The notes beneath the pieces are model-generated. The model saw nothing but the letters and a program-made list of their open reading frames with translations. It did no database searches and was not told where the DNA came from. From Bdellovibrio sp. (GTDB lineage: Bacteria; Bdellovibrionota; Bdellovibrionia; Bdellovibrionales; Bdellovibrionaceae), in the NCBI GenBank assembly GCA_046318155.1, contig JBKCUU010000108.1, positions 1 through 46,287 of the forward strand: a DNA stretch of 46,287 nt. Direction: 5' to 3'. Made by a program: the position numbers and the translations under genes. Below, piece after piece: positions 8,931-18,892 of the stretch; the stretch's first letter is position 1, and every line of letters starts with the position of its first letter.

Positions 8931-10428
8931 CGCATCCCCCGAAACGAAAAAAAAGGTCGCCGTGATCGGCAGCGGTTTCGGCGGGCTTTCGACCGCCATC
9001 CGTCTGCAAGCTGCTGGCTACCAAGTCAAAATTTTTGAAATGCGCGACCTTCCTGGTGGCCGCGCGTACGTGTACAAAGAAAAGGGGTTTACCTTTGATG
9101 CCGGCCCCACCGTCATCACGGCGCCCGAGTGCCTTGAAGAACTGTTTGCCCTGAAGGGCAAGAAAATGAGCGACTATGTCGAGATGATGCCCGTCTCGCC
9201 CTTTTACCGTTTGTTTTGGGATGATGGGTTTATCTTTGATTACTCGAATGATGAAAAACTTTTGACCGACCAAATTCAGAAGAAATCCCCCGAGGATCTT
9301 AAAGGTTATCAGCGCTTTTTGGCTTACTCAAAAGAGGTCTTTGACGAAGGCTACACAAAGTTAGCCGCCACACCGTTTTTGCATTTGTGGAGCATGGTGA
9401 AAGTCGCGCCCCAGCTCGCAAGGCTGGGCGCTCACCGCAGCGTGTACGCCACCGTTTCAAAATTTATCAAAGACGAACACCTACGCCAGGCTTTTAGCTT
9501 TCACTCTTTGCTTGTGGGCGGCAATCCCTTTTCGACGTCTTCGATTTACACCCTGATCCATTTCTTGGAGCGCAACTGGGGCGTCTTTTTCCCGCGCGGC
9601 GGAACCGGCGCGTTGGTCCAAGCCTTAGTGAAGTACTTTCAAGAAATGGGCGGCGAGATCGTTTACCAAGCCGAGATCGAGCAGATTTTAACCGAGAACA
9701 AACACGTCACTGGGGTTCGCACCAAATCCGGCGATGTGTGGATGTGCGACACGGTTGTCAGTAACGGCGATGTCTTGCACACGTACAAAGATCTACTCAA
9801 AGACACCGACTCGGTCCGCGCACGCGAAAAGAGTCTTGAAAATAAAACTTACAGCATGTCTTTGTTCTTGATCTACTTTGGCACCAAGAAAAAATACCCG
9901 CACATGGCCCATCACAATGTGCTCTTTGGTCCTCGTTACGAGGGTCTTTTGCATGACATCTTTAAAAAAGGAATCTTGCCGAAAGACTTCTCGCTTTATT
10001 TGCATGTTCCCTCACTGACTGACCCCACGTTAGCTCCCGAAGGACAAGAGTGTTTCTATGTTCTTTCACCGGTCGCGCACTTGGGTAAGCTTGATATCGA
10101 CTGGAACACCGAAGGCCCGAAGTACGCGGACTCAATCATGACTTATCTTGAAGAAAAATATTTGCCGGGCCTGAAAGAGAATTTGGTCGTGCAAAAGATT
10201 TTTACGCCGTTTGATTTTCGCGATCAGCTCAATGCGCATCTGGGGTCGGCGTTTAGCCTTGAGCCCACTTTGACTCAGTCTGCTTACTTTCGCTTGCACA
10301 ACCAAGATGATAAGATCAAGGGCTTGTACTTTACCGGCGCGGGCACGCATCCCGGCGCGGGCGTTCCCGGCGTGGTCAATTCGGCCAAAGCAACGGCGGG
10401 TCTTGTGATCAAAGGCATGCCTCTTTGA
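8917..10428 (+). CDS. crtI: phytoene desaturase
   Basis: VIGSGFGGL, FDAGPTVITAP, AFSFHSLLVGGNPF, GAGTHPGAGVPGV. GTG 8917 follows GAGAGGA. Confidence 0.95.
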   Translation: MPTSNASPETKKKVAVIGSGFGGLSTAIRLQAAGYQVKIFEMRDLPGGRAYVYKEKGFTFDAGPTVITAPECLEELFALKGKKMSDYVEMMPVSPFYRLFWDDGFIFDYSNDEKLLTDQIQKKSPEDLKGYQRFLAYSKEVFDEGYTKLAATPFLHLWSMVKVAPQLARLGAHRSVYATVSKFIKDEHLRQAFSFHSLLVGGNPFSTSSIYTLIHFLERNWGVFFPRGGTGALVQALVKYFQEMGGEIVYQAEIEQILTENKHVTGVRTKSGDVWMCDTVVSNGDVLHTYKDLLKDTDSVRAREKSLENKTYSMSLFLIYFGTKKKYPHMAHHNVLFGPRYEGLLHDIFKKGILPKDFSLYLHVPSLTDPTLAPEGQECFYVLSPVAHLGKLDIDWNTEGPKYADSIMTYLEEKYLPGLKENLVVQKIFTPFDFRDQLNAHLGSAFSLEPTLTQSAYFRLHNQDDKIKGLYFTGAGTHPGAGVPGVVNSAKATAGLVIKGMPL

Positions 10429-11387
10429 GTGATGCTCAGCTGATTCATTTTAGCCGCGAACAAATTCGCAAAGGGTCTAAGTCCTTTGCGGCCGCCTCGT
10501 TCTTTTTGTCTGAAAAAGAAAAGTCAGGCGCCTGGCTTTTGTACTCCTGGTGCAGGCATTGTGATGATGAGATTGATCACGCGCAAAGCCCCGAAGAAGC
10601 CGTTCAAAAACTTCTCAGACTCCGTGAACAAACTCTGCTGGCTTTCGCCAACACGCAGGTGATGGACTCCCCGCAGTTTGAAGGTTTGCGTCTCTTGTTT
10701 CAGGCAACGGGCCTCCCCGTGCAATATCCCTTAGACCTTTTGCGCGGAATGCAAATGGACGTCGAAGGCTATTGGGGACGATCCGAAGACGAGCTGCTCG
10801 ACTACTGCTACTGCGTTGCGGGCGTTGTGGGTCTCATGATGTGCCACGTGATGAATGTCAGTGATGAACGGGCCCTCGCCCACGCGGTGGATTTGGGGCA
10901 GGCGATGCAGCTCACAAATATTAGCCGCGACATTGATGCGGATTTGAAATTGGGCCGAGTTTATATTCCGCGAGAGTGGTTGGCCCGCGATGGACTGGCG
11001 CCCGAGGATTTAACCTCACCATGGACCCGGCCCTTGTGGCCCAGGTACACCAAACAATTGCTCGCGCTTGCCGAAGACCGTTACGATTCGGGCCGACAAG
11101 GCCTGCATTACCTTTCATTCCGTGCGGCGTGGGCCGTGAGCATTGCACTGGGGGTTTACCGCGCGATCGGCACCAAGGTTTTGGACCGAGGAAGCCGCGC
11201 CTGGGATCAACGCTGCTACACGACTCGTTTCGAAAAGGCCGTTATCATTTTGCAAGAGAGCGTTTTGGTGTTTGTTCGATTTTTGCCGCGGCTGGTGTTT
11301 CGTTGGAAACCCACGCCGATCACGTCAGTTTTCGACGCGTCCATGGCCACCTCTGCGGCGCGAAGTCGCTCTCTCGAGAGAAATTAA
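10425..11387 (+). CDS. crtB: phytoene synthase
   Basis: GSKSFAAA, YSWCRHCDDEID, YCYCVAGVVGLM, LGQAMQLTNISRDIDAD..LGRVYIP; 4-bp overlap with the crtI stop. Confidence 0.95.
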   Translation: MSDAQLIHFSREQIRKGSKSFAAASFFLSEKEKSGAWLLYSWCRHCDDEIDHAQSPEEAVQKLLRLREQTLLAFANTQVMDSPQFEGLRLLFQATGLPVQYPLDLLRGMQMDVEGYWGRSEDELLDYCYCVAGVVGLMMCHVMNVSDERALAHAVDLGQAMQLTNISRDIDADLKLGRVYIPREWLARDGLAPEDLTSPWTRPLWPRYTKQLLALAEDRYDSGRQGLHYLSFRAAWAVSIALGVYRAIGTKVLDRGSRAWDQRCYTTRFEKAVIILQESVLVFVRFLPRLVFRWKPTPITSVFDASMATSAARSRSLERN

Positions 11388-11410
11388 ATCGAGCGACCTT
11401 GCCCGATCGA

Positions 11411-12049
11411 CTAAATTTTCGTTAAAATTTTACGTGCGAACCAAATTCCCGATACCATCAGGACCATTGCCGGCAAAACATGCCACAGCGCCAGGTGTAA
11501 GGGAGTCGTCTCTGGACAAGTCCACTGAACCCCTAAGAGGCCAAACGAAACACCACAGACGAGGACCATCATTCCAGTCAAATCTCGATGTAGACTTGCC
11601 CCCTGGCGGATGATGTAAAAAAGAACCGAAGCTGGCAAAACACCAATTGCGAGCATTTTCGTGACACACGAAAAACCGTGGCCAAGATACAAAAATGGCT
11701 CTGACGTGGTCAAAAAACTTGAGACCGTCGTCAGCCCAATAAAGAAAAATGCAAAGAATGGCAGACGGAGCATCGACTTCGATTCCTGTGACGGGATGCT
11801 GAGGCGAAACGCGGCCAAAATTGAAATGACCGCCAAAAAGACGAGAAGCAAGTTCTCGAAGAAAAAACGCAACGACGACAGTTGCATCAAAAGATCAAAT
11901 CTTAATCCAAGCAAGGCCAACGCCGAGAATAAGCAAAGACACCCAACGGCCAGAACTTTTAAAAAATCCACGGCTGTGAACCTTGTCACGACGACAGGTT
12001 TTAACTGCCCAGTCAGATTTTTAATGAGATTTTCGGTTTGCAGACTCAT
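11411..12049 (-). CDS. NrsF (DUF1109)-like membrane anti-sigma factor
   Basis: N-terminal TENLIKNL..LKPV, about six TM helices, Cys residues (FSCV; TCPE..PLHLALWH), ATGA-coupled to the ECF sigma gene. Confidence 0.8.
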   Translation of the reverse strand: MSLQTENLIKNLTGQLKPVVVTRFTAVDFLKVLAVGCLCLFSALALLGLRFDLLMQLSSLRFFFENLLLVFLAVISILAAFRLSIPSQESKSMLRLPFFAFFFIGLTTVSSFLTTSEPFLYLGHGFSCVTKMLAIGVLPASVLFYIIRQGASLHRDLTGMMVLVCGVSFGLLGVQWTCPETTPLHLALWHVLPAMVLMVSGIWFARKILTKI

Positions 12050-12591
12050 GTCCGAACCCCCAAGGCGACCTTCAGATTGTTGTAAGCTCGGTGGGCAATG
12101 ACTTTGACGTTGGCCTCGGTCAGGTCGAGCTCTTTTGCGATCTCACTGATCGCCTGCCCCTGAATTTTTAACAGCGTCAGCACTGTTTTTTCGCGAACGT
12201 TCAAGCGATCAATGGCGCGCTCGATATCTATTTTTAAGTCTGGATCCGCAGATGTCGTCGCAACAAAAGTGGCAATGGATTCGAAATCGACATGCTCCGA
12301 ATGCTTTTTAAAACTGCGGATGTAGTCGACGATCTTGTATTCAGCAATCGCGAGAAGCCAACTCATGAATGACTTTTCTTGCTGGTAGGTATGCAGCGAC
12401 TTGTGAACAGCCATTAGGATCTCCTGGACAACTTCTTCAATCTCATTTTGATTAAAAATTCTCTTTCTCAAGTAATTTTTTAAAAACGAAGAAAGCTCTA
12501 ACAACAGCTCGCCGTAGGCCGCGGCCTCCCCTTTTTGAGCAAGAACCATGAGCTGCTTATAGGTCGATTCATTTCCTAGCTTAGACAACAA
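12046..12591 (-). CDS. ECF sigma factor (SigF/ECF16-like)
   Basis: Region 2 EEVVQEILMAVHKSLHTY..FMSWLLAIAEYKIVDYIR; region 4 EIAKELDLTEANVKVIAHRA. TTG 12591 follows AAGGGAG. Confidence 0.88.
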   Translation of the reverse strand: MLSKLGNESTYKQLMVLAQKGEAAAYGELLLELSSFLKNYLRKRIFNQNEIEEVVQEILMAVHKSLHTYQQEKSFMSWLLAIAEYKIVDYIRSFKKHSEHVDFESIATFVATTSADPDLKIDIERAIDRLNVREKTVLTLLKIQGQAISEIAKELDLTEANVKVIAHRAYNNLKVALGVRT

Positions 12592-12608
12592 CTTGTCTCC
12601 CTTTGATC

Positions 12609-12633
12609 TTCGTCCCAAAACGAAAAAAGTTAC
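12609..12633 (-). promoter_or_regulatory. ECF16-type promoter for sigma-nrsF
   Basis: GTAAC-N16-CGAA on the minus strand. Confidence 0.75.
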
Positions 12634-12640
12634 GACTTTT

Positions 12641-12665
12641 GTAACTTTTTTTGTTTTTGGGCGAA
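12641..12665 (+). promoter_or_regulatory. ECF16-type promoter for thioredoxin-ccdA-OMP
   Basis: GTAAC-N16-CGAA on the plus strand. Confidence 0.75.
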
Positions 12666-12716
12666 AACACCTTCAAGACGATCTTGAGATCGATTTAAAC
12701 ACCAAAGGAGCTCATT

Positions 12717-13097
12717 ATGAAGTTGTTTTCAGGCCTTACGATGCTGGCAATGACCCTGTTCGCGTTCTCAGCGAATGCTGATTTTAGGCCCTATGCAAAG
12801 ACGGACTTTGAAAGCGCTATGACTGCCGGAAACACCGTTGTCGTCGATTTTCATGCAAACTGGTGCCCGACCTGCAAAAAGCAAGAACCCGCGTTGAACG
12901 AGATCGTAAATATGAAGGGCTACGAGAAAGTCGTCGCTCTCAAGGCTGATTTTGATCAAGAAAAAGAACTCAAGAAAAGCCTCAATGTTTCAAAGCAATC
13001 GACGATCATCGTCTTTAAGGGTGGAAAAGAAGTCGGCCGCAATACTGGAGTCACGGCAAAAGACGAACTCAAGAAACTCATCGACATGGGACTTTAA
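12717..13097 (+). CDS. exported thioredoxin-family protein
   Basis: Signal peptide (SANA-D), VVVDFHANWCPTC active site, AAGGAG SD. Confidence 0.9.
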   Translation: MKLFSGLTMLAMTLFAFSANADFRPYAKTDFESAMTAGNTVVVDFHANWCPTCKKQEPALNEIVNMKGYEKVVALKADFDQEKELKKSLNVSKQSTIIVFKGGKEVGRNTGVTAKDELKKLIDMGL

Positions 13098-13098
13098 G

Positions 13099-13824
13099 AT
13101 GAATTTGCAATTGGGGTTTTCTTTTTTTGCAGGTTTACTGACCACGTTGTCACCTTGCGTACTGCCCATTTTGCCGTTTCTACTCGGCAGCGCGCTTCGA
13201 AAAAACAAGAAAGCCCCATTGTACATGGTGGTTGGACTGGCCCTCAGTTTTGTGGTGGTGGGCTTTACGCTGAGCCGCTTCGGAACTCTTCTTGGGCTGG
13301 AGTCTGACCAAATCCGTCAAGGATCAGCGATTTTGCTGATCCTGACGAGTTTATTCTTTCTCTCACAGCGGGTTCAAACCCTTATTTCCGACAAGTTGAC
13401 TCTCTTTGCCAACAAAGCCTCAGTGACATCCCAACAATTAAAATTGGATGATTCATCCGGCTGGAATTCCTTACTTTTGGGTGGACTACTCGGCATCATT
13501 TGGTCGCCTTGTGCAGGCCCAACGCTAGGGGTTGCCGTATCCTTAGCGAGTCAAGAGGGTGCAAGCACAGAGGCGCTCAAGATTATGGGTGCCTATGCTT
13601 TGGGAGCGAGTCTTCCGATGCTGCTGATTGCCTATGGACTCCGATCTTTCTTTCAAAAGTTCCAAAGTAAGATCATGAACTTCTCTGAAAAGTCGAAAGT
13701 CTTTCTCGGCTGGGCACTGCTATTGACCGGAGTCGCGATTCTTTTTGGCTTCGATAAAAATATCGAGGCCTTCCTGCTCACCCATCTGCCCGAATCTTGG
13801 GTGGATCTAATTACTAAATATTAG
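13099..13824 (+). CDS. ccdA: CcdA/DsbD-type membrane electron transporter
   Basis: AGLLTTLSPCVLPILP and WSPCAGPTLG Cys motifs, six TM helices. Confidence 0.88.
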   Translation: MNLQLGFSFFAGLLTTLSPCVLPILPFLLGSALRKNKKAPLYMVVGLALSFVVVGFTLSRFGTLLGLESDQIRQGSAILLILTSLFFLSQRVQTLISDKLTLFANKASVTSQQLKLDDSSGWNSLLLGGLLGIIWSPCAGPTLGVAVSLASQEGASTEALKIMGAYALGASLPMLLIAYGLRSFFQKFQSKIMNFSEKSKVFLGWALLLTGVAILFGFDKNIEAFLLTHLPESWVDLITKY

Positions 13825-13832
13825 GAGTAAAC

Positions 13833-14678
13833 ATGAAATTACTAATTCTTGCCAGTCTACTTGTTGCCGATTCTGCCTTTGCTTTCGTGGTTGGACCTAG
13901 CTCCGTCAATGAGGGTGAAAACTATTTGAGCCTCGGCGTGCAGTCCGAGCGCGGAAAAGTGGAGCCGAATGAAAATCGAGCCTCCTTTCAGGAGGCGGAG
14001 ATCGATATCAATAAGTTAAAGTATGTTCGCGGGTTCGAAGGTTTTTTGGGTCTAAGTCGATCGACGTTGTTTGCTGAATACGGCACTTTTAGCAGCGCAA
14101 AGGAGCAGGTTGGCTCCACTGTTTTTTATAATGAAGACAAGGGCTCATACCTGACTCTTGGATTGGCTGGCGACATTGTACATGATTTAGAAAAACAATT
14201 TGGATTCTACCTCCAGATCTCCCCAAGCAGGGACTACAACAAAAATAAATTCTCGAATCCTCGGCTCGATGTTTTTGCCCTTGGCTTAACTTCGGCGTTT
14301 AATGTTACAGATCACTTCTTTCAAAAAAATCTGATCCATTTCGGGTCGGGTGATGGGTCACAACAAAACTCCTATTTAGCGATCGACACGGGTTTTGGGT
14401 ACCGCTTGAATCATCTTCTCGCCCGGCAATTCACCCTCACCGCAAGCTTGTTTTTTGAGGCTGATTTGGCTGAGCGAAAAGACGCATCGTACGATGCCGC
14501 CTTTTCAGCCGCCGGCACCCAAGATCGAATTCGAGCATTCAAATATGGAACTGTCCTTGGTGCTGATATCTCGATCACCAAGACAATAAACTTGAGCCTC
14601 AATCATCTTCAAAAGCTTGGCGGATATGATGCCCGTTCGACACAGATCACGACGGTCAACTTAGGAACTAAATTTTAA
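13833..14678 (+). CDS. hypothetical outer-membrane beta-barrel protein
   Basis: AGGAG SD, signal peptide (SAFA-F), alternating amphipathic strands, C-terminal Phe (VNLGTKF). Confidence 0.6.
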   Translation: MKLLILASLLVADSAFAFVVGPSSVNEGENYLSLGVQSERGKVEPNENRASFQEAEIDINKLKYVRGFEGFLGLSRSTLFAEYGTFSSAKEQVGSTVFYNEDKGSYLTLGLAGDIVHDLEKQFGFYLQISPSRDYNKNKFSNPRLDVFALGLTSAFNVTDHFFQKNLIHFGSGDGSQQNSYLAIDTGFGYRLNHLLARQFTLTASLFFEADLAERKDASYDAAFSAAGTQDRIRAFKYGTVLGADISITKTINLSLNHLQKLGGYDARSTQITTVNLGTKF

Positions 14679-14709
14679 GAGCCTGAACGGCGTGCACGTT
14701 CGCGGGGGA

Positions 14710-15186
14710 TCAACCCATCTTTCGACGTTGGCGCCGGTCAAAGGAACTTTTCAAGGCCGCCCCTGAGATCATCAACATACCGAAATCACTGGCGCCTTCT
14801 TTGGATTGAACGGCATGATGCCGCTTGTGGGCAGAGACCAGAGCATCAAAATAAAAGTTATTGGACTTTAAGAATTTCAGCCGGCGGTGAATGATCACTT
14901 CGTGCACGATGAAGTAGGCCGCGCCGTAGGCCATGATACCGTAGCCAAAAGCTTGCAGCAGGGGCAGGCCATAAATCGCGCCAAACAAAAGCGAAAAAAA
15001 GCTCGGAAAAAAGAAGAACAGCGCAAAGGAATCATTCCTTTGAAAGGTGCCTTCATGGTGAGGATCGTGATGGTCCTTATGCACGAACCACAAGAAGCCG
15101 TGCATCACGTACTTATGGAGAAACCAAGCCACCAGCTCCATCGCCAGAAAAGTCGTAAAAAATATCGTGAACCAGGTCGCCAACAT
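14710..15186 (-). CDS. crtZ: beta-carotene hydroxylase
   Basis: MELVAWFLHKYVMHGFLW..HKDHH, RND, HEVIIHRR, AHKRHH His boxes. Confidence 0.92.
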   Translation of the reverse strand: MLATWFTIFFTTFLAMELVAWFLHKYVMHGFLWFVHKDHHDPHHEGTFQRNDSFALFFFFPSFFSLLFGAIYGLPLLQAFGYGIMAYGAAYFIVHEVIIHRRLKFLKSNNFYFDALVSAHKRHHAVQSKEGASDFGMLMISGAALKSSFDRRQRRKMG

Positions 15187-15192
15187 GCTGCC

Positions 15193-15221
15193 ATTATGGT
15201 GGGTCCGACTTAATTTGACAA
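15193..15221 (-). promoter_or_regulatory. putative leaderless sigma70 promoter of crtZ
   Basis: TTGTCA-N17-CATAAT-N6-ATG; no SD. Confidence 0.6.
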
Positions 15222-15308
15222 GTCTGCTTGCAAAACGAGCGATTCCCCGGGAAGCTCGGCTAGCCAGCCCTTCGAGACCGAGGAACTGGACTGGGAAGGG
15301 GACCCGTT

Positions 15309-16538
15309 ATGCTATTTCTATTGCTGTCACTGACCACCGCATTTGCTGCCAATCACGCACCGATCCATCTGGACTTTGAAGCCTCGAGCCGCGAGTACGA
15401 ACGCAGCCTTTTTGCGCAAAAGCAAAATGTTCGCTTTTCAATGGTGCCTTTGACCTCTGAAGACTCTGAAGTCGAAAACATTGTGGCGATTGGCAAACGC
15501 AATCTGGACTGGCTCAAATTCATCAATGAACATCGCAGCACTCCCTTGTCATTTACCGTTCCCGGAAGCTTGGGCGGAATCCCCATCACGGCTCCCAAAA
15601 AGTACTCGGGTAAATTGACGATTGAGAGTTTTGATACACTGGCGCTCAGACTGTTACCCGAAATGAAAGCCGTCTTGATCGATGGCAAAAGTTTGACTGA
15701 GCTGCCCCCTGAGCCCGTTGATGAGTATTTAAAACTCGGCAACCAGATCGACAAGATTTACCAAACCGCCATTCGTTGGCAGATGATGCAACCTTGGCTG
15801 AGCTGGTACGCAAAGAACCGCGAAGCCGATATCCGTGGATTTTATTTTTTGAACGAGATTCCAGATTTGCAATCGCAGCTGACGGGCTGGGCGACTTTGC
15901 CTGAAGACAAAAAAACTCAGTACCGGGAGTGGCTCAAGGGCGAGTGCTTCAATTCAACAACGAACGACAATTTGTGCTCACGCGATTTGGCAAAAGCTGA
16001 AGGCAACAACGCCGTTTGGGCTTTTCATCAAACGTATTTACCCAAAGCCAAAAGCACTTTTGAAGAACTTTACATTTTGCAAAACGCCCGTCGTGATGTG
16101 AGCTGGAATGCCAAGGATAAGACCGCGCAGATTCCGGTTCAGACGGAGCCGTCGCAAGTGCTGACTGACTTTTTGACTTTGAATTTGCAAGACGAGTGGA
16201 AATGGGATGGCTGGAGACTCCTCATCGACTTTGCCTCGTCAGCACGCGTGCAAGTCTTGTGGCAACCTGGGATCACTCCGCACGTGAATGGTTTGGGCGG
16301 CGACTTGGTTTACATGGATTCCAACGCGCCGTTAAGCGAGTGGGACGTGCAGTGGACCATCCGGCACGAATTCGGTCACGTCCTGGGCTTCCCCGATTGC
16401 TATGTCGAGTTCTATGACCCGAACGAAAAAGTCATGATCACCTACCAAATCGACATCACCGATTTGATGTGCTCACGCGCCGGCAAACTCAAGGAACGCC
16501 ACTTCACCGACATGAAGAAAAACTACGCCCGCCCATGA
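15309..16538 (+). CDS. secreted zinc metalloprotease (metzincin-type)
   Basis: Signal peptide (TAFA-A), HEFGHVLGFPD motif and a candidate Met-turn (DLMCS). Confidence 0.75.
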   Translation: MLFLLLSLTTAFAANHAPIHLDFEASSREYERSLFAQKQNVRFSMVPLTSEDSEVENIVAIGKRNLDWLKFINEHRSTPLSFTVPGSLGGIPITAPKKYSGKLTIESFDTLALRLLPEMKAVLIDGKSLTELPPEPVDEYLKLGNQIDKIYQTAIRWQMMQPWLSWYAKNREADIRGFYFLNEIPDLQSQLTGWATLPEDKKTQYREWLKGECFNSTTNDNLCSRDLAKAEGNNAVWAFHQTYLPKAKSTFEELYILQNARRDVSWNAKDKTAQIPVQTEPSQVLTDFLTLNLQDEWKWDGWRLLIDFASSARVQVLWQPGITPHVNGLGGDLVYMDSNAPLSEWDVQWTIRHEFGHVLGFPDCYVEFYDPNEKVMITYQIDITDLMCSRAGKLKERHFTDMKKNYARP

Positions 16539-16603
16539 TTACAGATTGCAAATACAGATCGGCCCAGCCTATCCCGCACCAAAGGTGCGCAAACAAATAG
16601 GTC

Positions 16604-18886
16604 CTAGGCGCAGCCTAGGACAGTGCCGCAATTGGTGCAGCGGAAGCAGCCGCCGGCGAGTTCGGTGGGGCCGCCGCACTCGAAGCACTTTGGCAGTCCC
16701 ATCTCCGGCACGATATCGCCTTGGAGCTTTGTGGCTTTTGCCGCTTGCACGGCTTCAAGCGGCTGAGCGCCTTTAGAACCATCACGGTAAATGGCCACGG
16801 CTTTCAAACCCAGCTTCCACGCCCGCTCATACAAGGCCGACACGTCTTGCACCGTCGCTTCTTTAGGCATGTTCACGGTTTTTGAAATCGCACCGCTCAC
16901 AAAGGGTTGCAAAGCGGCCATCATTTGCAAATGCGACTCAGGCGAAAGTTCGAGCGCCGTTTCAAAAATCTTTTGGTGCTCAGGCTTTAAATCCGGGCAG
17001 TCACGCAGGGTTCCATTCATCTCAACATACAATTGCATGACTTTGACTTGGTCCAGTGAATAGCCCAAGCGCTCAAGGCCTTTTAAAAATCCAGTCGCGA
17101 CAATCCGCAAATCTCCACCGCCCGCTAACTTTTTACGTTTAATCAACGAGAACTCAGGCTCCACACCCGTGGTTTCTGAATCCATGACCAAGCCGATCGT
17201 GCCCGTGGGTGCCATCACGGTGGCCTGTGCATTGCGGTAGCCGTACTTTTTTCCGAGAAGCAAAGCGTTCGCCCATACTTCTTCGGTCAAGGACTGTAGC
17301 TCTGGTGGCAAGGCCGTCCAATTAATCGCGGTGAGCGATTTTTGATGGCGAGACATCACTTTGAGCATCGTCGTTTTGTTTTTCTTGAACCCCAGAAAAG
17401 GGCCGCGCTTGGAGGCCATGCGTGCTGAGCACTCATACGCCGTGCCGGTGAGCAAGGCGACGATGGCGGCGCCCCACGCGCGCCCTTCATCCGAGTCATA
17501 GGCAATCGCTTTTTGCATGAGCATGGCTCCAAGACCTGCAATGCCAAGACCCAAAGGTCGGTAGTCGTGTGAATTCTGCGCAATCATCTGAGTGGGGTAA
17601 CTGGCGTCATCGACCAAAATCTCTTGGGCCATAAAAAAGATCCGCGCGGCTTGAATAAACCCTGCAAAATCAAAATCCCCGTCTTTATTGATAAAGCGAA
17701 CCAAATTGAGGCTCGCCAAGTTGCAGGCCGAATCATCTAAAAACAAGTACTCGCTGCAAGGATTGCTGGCATTGATCGAGCCCGCTGCCGGGCACGTATG
17801 CCACGCATTGATCGTATCTTGAAATTGCAAACCTGGATCGGCGCATGTCCACGCGGCCTCGCTGATTTTATCCCACAAATTTTTAGCCCCGACGGTTTGC
17901 AAAGGCTTGCCAGTTCGCCGGGCGCGCAATGCCCAGGGCTGATTTTGGCTCATGGCTTTCATGAACGCATCGCTCACGCGAACCGAATTGTTGGCGTTTT
18001 GTCCCGAGACCGTGCGGTAGGCTTCGCTCTCAAAATCTTGCCCGTAACCCGCTTGCATCAAGGCCCGGGCTTTTTTCTCTTCACGCACTTTCCATTGAAC
18101 AAAATCTTCGATCTCGGGATGGTCGATGTCCAAGATCACCATTTTGGCCGCACGCCGAGTGGTGCCGCCGCTTTTGACAGAACCTGCACCGCGATCAAGC
18201 ACGTCCAAAAATGCAATCAGCCCTGAGCTGGTGCCGCCCGCTTCAAGCGCCTCGTGTTTGGATCTTAAAGTCGAAAAATTTGTTCCCGAACCCGAACCAA
18301 ACTTAAAGAGACGCGCTTCGGTTTTGGCGAGCTCAAAAATACTTTCTAGCGAGTCGTCGATTTTTTGGATAAAGCACGCAGCGACTTGAGGATGTGCGAG
18401 TGCTTCAGAGCGCAGTTCGATTTTTTTCTTTTTGGGGTTGTACCAAAAACAAGGACTTTCGGTCGTCACGCCATAGGCTTTGTGCAAACCGTAGTTAAAC
18501 CAAACCGGAGAATTGAAAAGTCCCCGTTGCGTGAGCAAAAGTGCGCGCAATTCCTTTTCAAAAACCTGTGCTTGCGGTTTTCCTGTGAAAAACTTTTGCT
18601 CAAGACCTGCCTTCATCACACGTTCGCTGACACGCTTCACCATCTGCCGAACGCTGACTTCGGTTTTGGTGCGAGGCACGCCATTTTTTCGAAAGTATTT
18701 TGAAGATGCGATTTCGACCGCAAGCTGACTCCAAAAATCGGGGGCTTCGACACCCTTCATCTCAAAGTAAACCCGTCCTTGATGATCCTTGATCAGGCAG
18801 TCCGTCTTTTTCCATTTGAGGGCTTTTTCGGGATCGCGGCCAGGTGTGTGAAAATACGGAAGAATGGGAAGTTCGGGCTTTTTCAT
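16604..18886 (-). CDS. nrdJ: adenosylcobalamin-dependent (class II) ribonucleotide reductase
   Basis: [55 protein letters not shown]-terminal CxxC..CxxC. Confidence 0.93.
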   Translation of the reverse strand: MKKPELPILPYFHTPGRDPEKALKWKKTDCLIKDHQGRVYFEMKGVEAPDFWSQLAVEIASSKYFRKNGVPRTKTEVSVRQMVKRVSERVMKAGLEQKFFTGKPQAQVFEKELRALLLTQRGLFNSPVWFNYGLHKAYGVTTESPCFWYNPKKKKIELRSEALAHPQVAACFIQKIDDSLESIFELAKTEARLFKFGSGSGTNFSTLRSKHEALEAGGTSSGLIAFLDVLDRGAGSVKSGGTTRRAAKMVILDIDHPEIEDFVQWKVREEKKARALMQAGYGQDFESEAYRTVSGQNANNSVRVSDAFMKAMSQNQPWALRARRTGKPLQTVGAKNLWDKISEAAWTCADPGLQFQDTINAWHTCPAAGSINASNPCSEYLFLDDSACNLASLNLVRFINKDGDFDFAGFIQAARIFFMAQEILVDDASYPTQMIAQNSHDYRPLGLGIAGLGAMLMQKAIAYDSDEGRAWGAAIVALLTGTAYECSARMASKRGPFLGFKKNKTTMLKVMSRHQKSLTAINWTALPPELQSLTEEVWANALLLGKKYGYRNAQATVMAPTGTIGLVMDSETTGVEPEFSLIKRKKLAGGGDLRIVATGFLKGLERLGYSLDQVKVMQLYVEMNGTLRDCPDLKPEHQKIFETALELSPESHLQMMAALQPFVSGAISKTVNMPKEATVQDVSALYERAWKLGLKAVAIYRDGSKGAQPLEAVQAAKATKLQGDIVPEMGLPKCFECGGPTELAGGCFRCTNCGTVLGCA

Positions 18887-18892
18887 ACCAAA

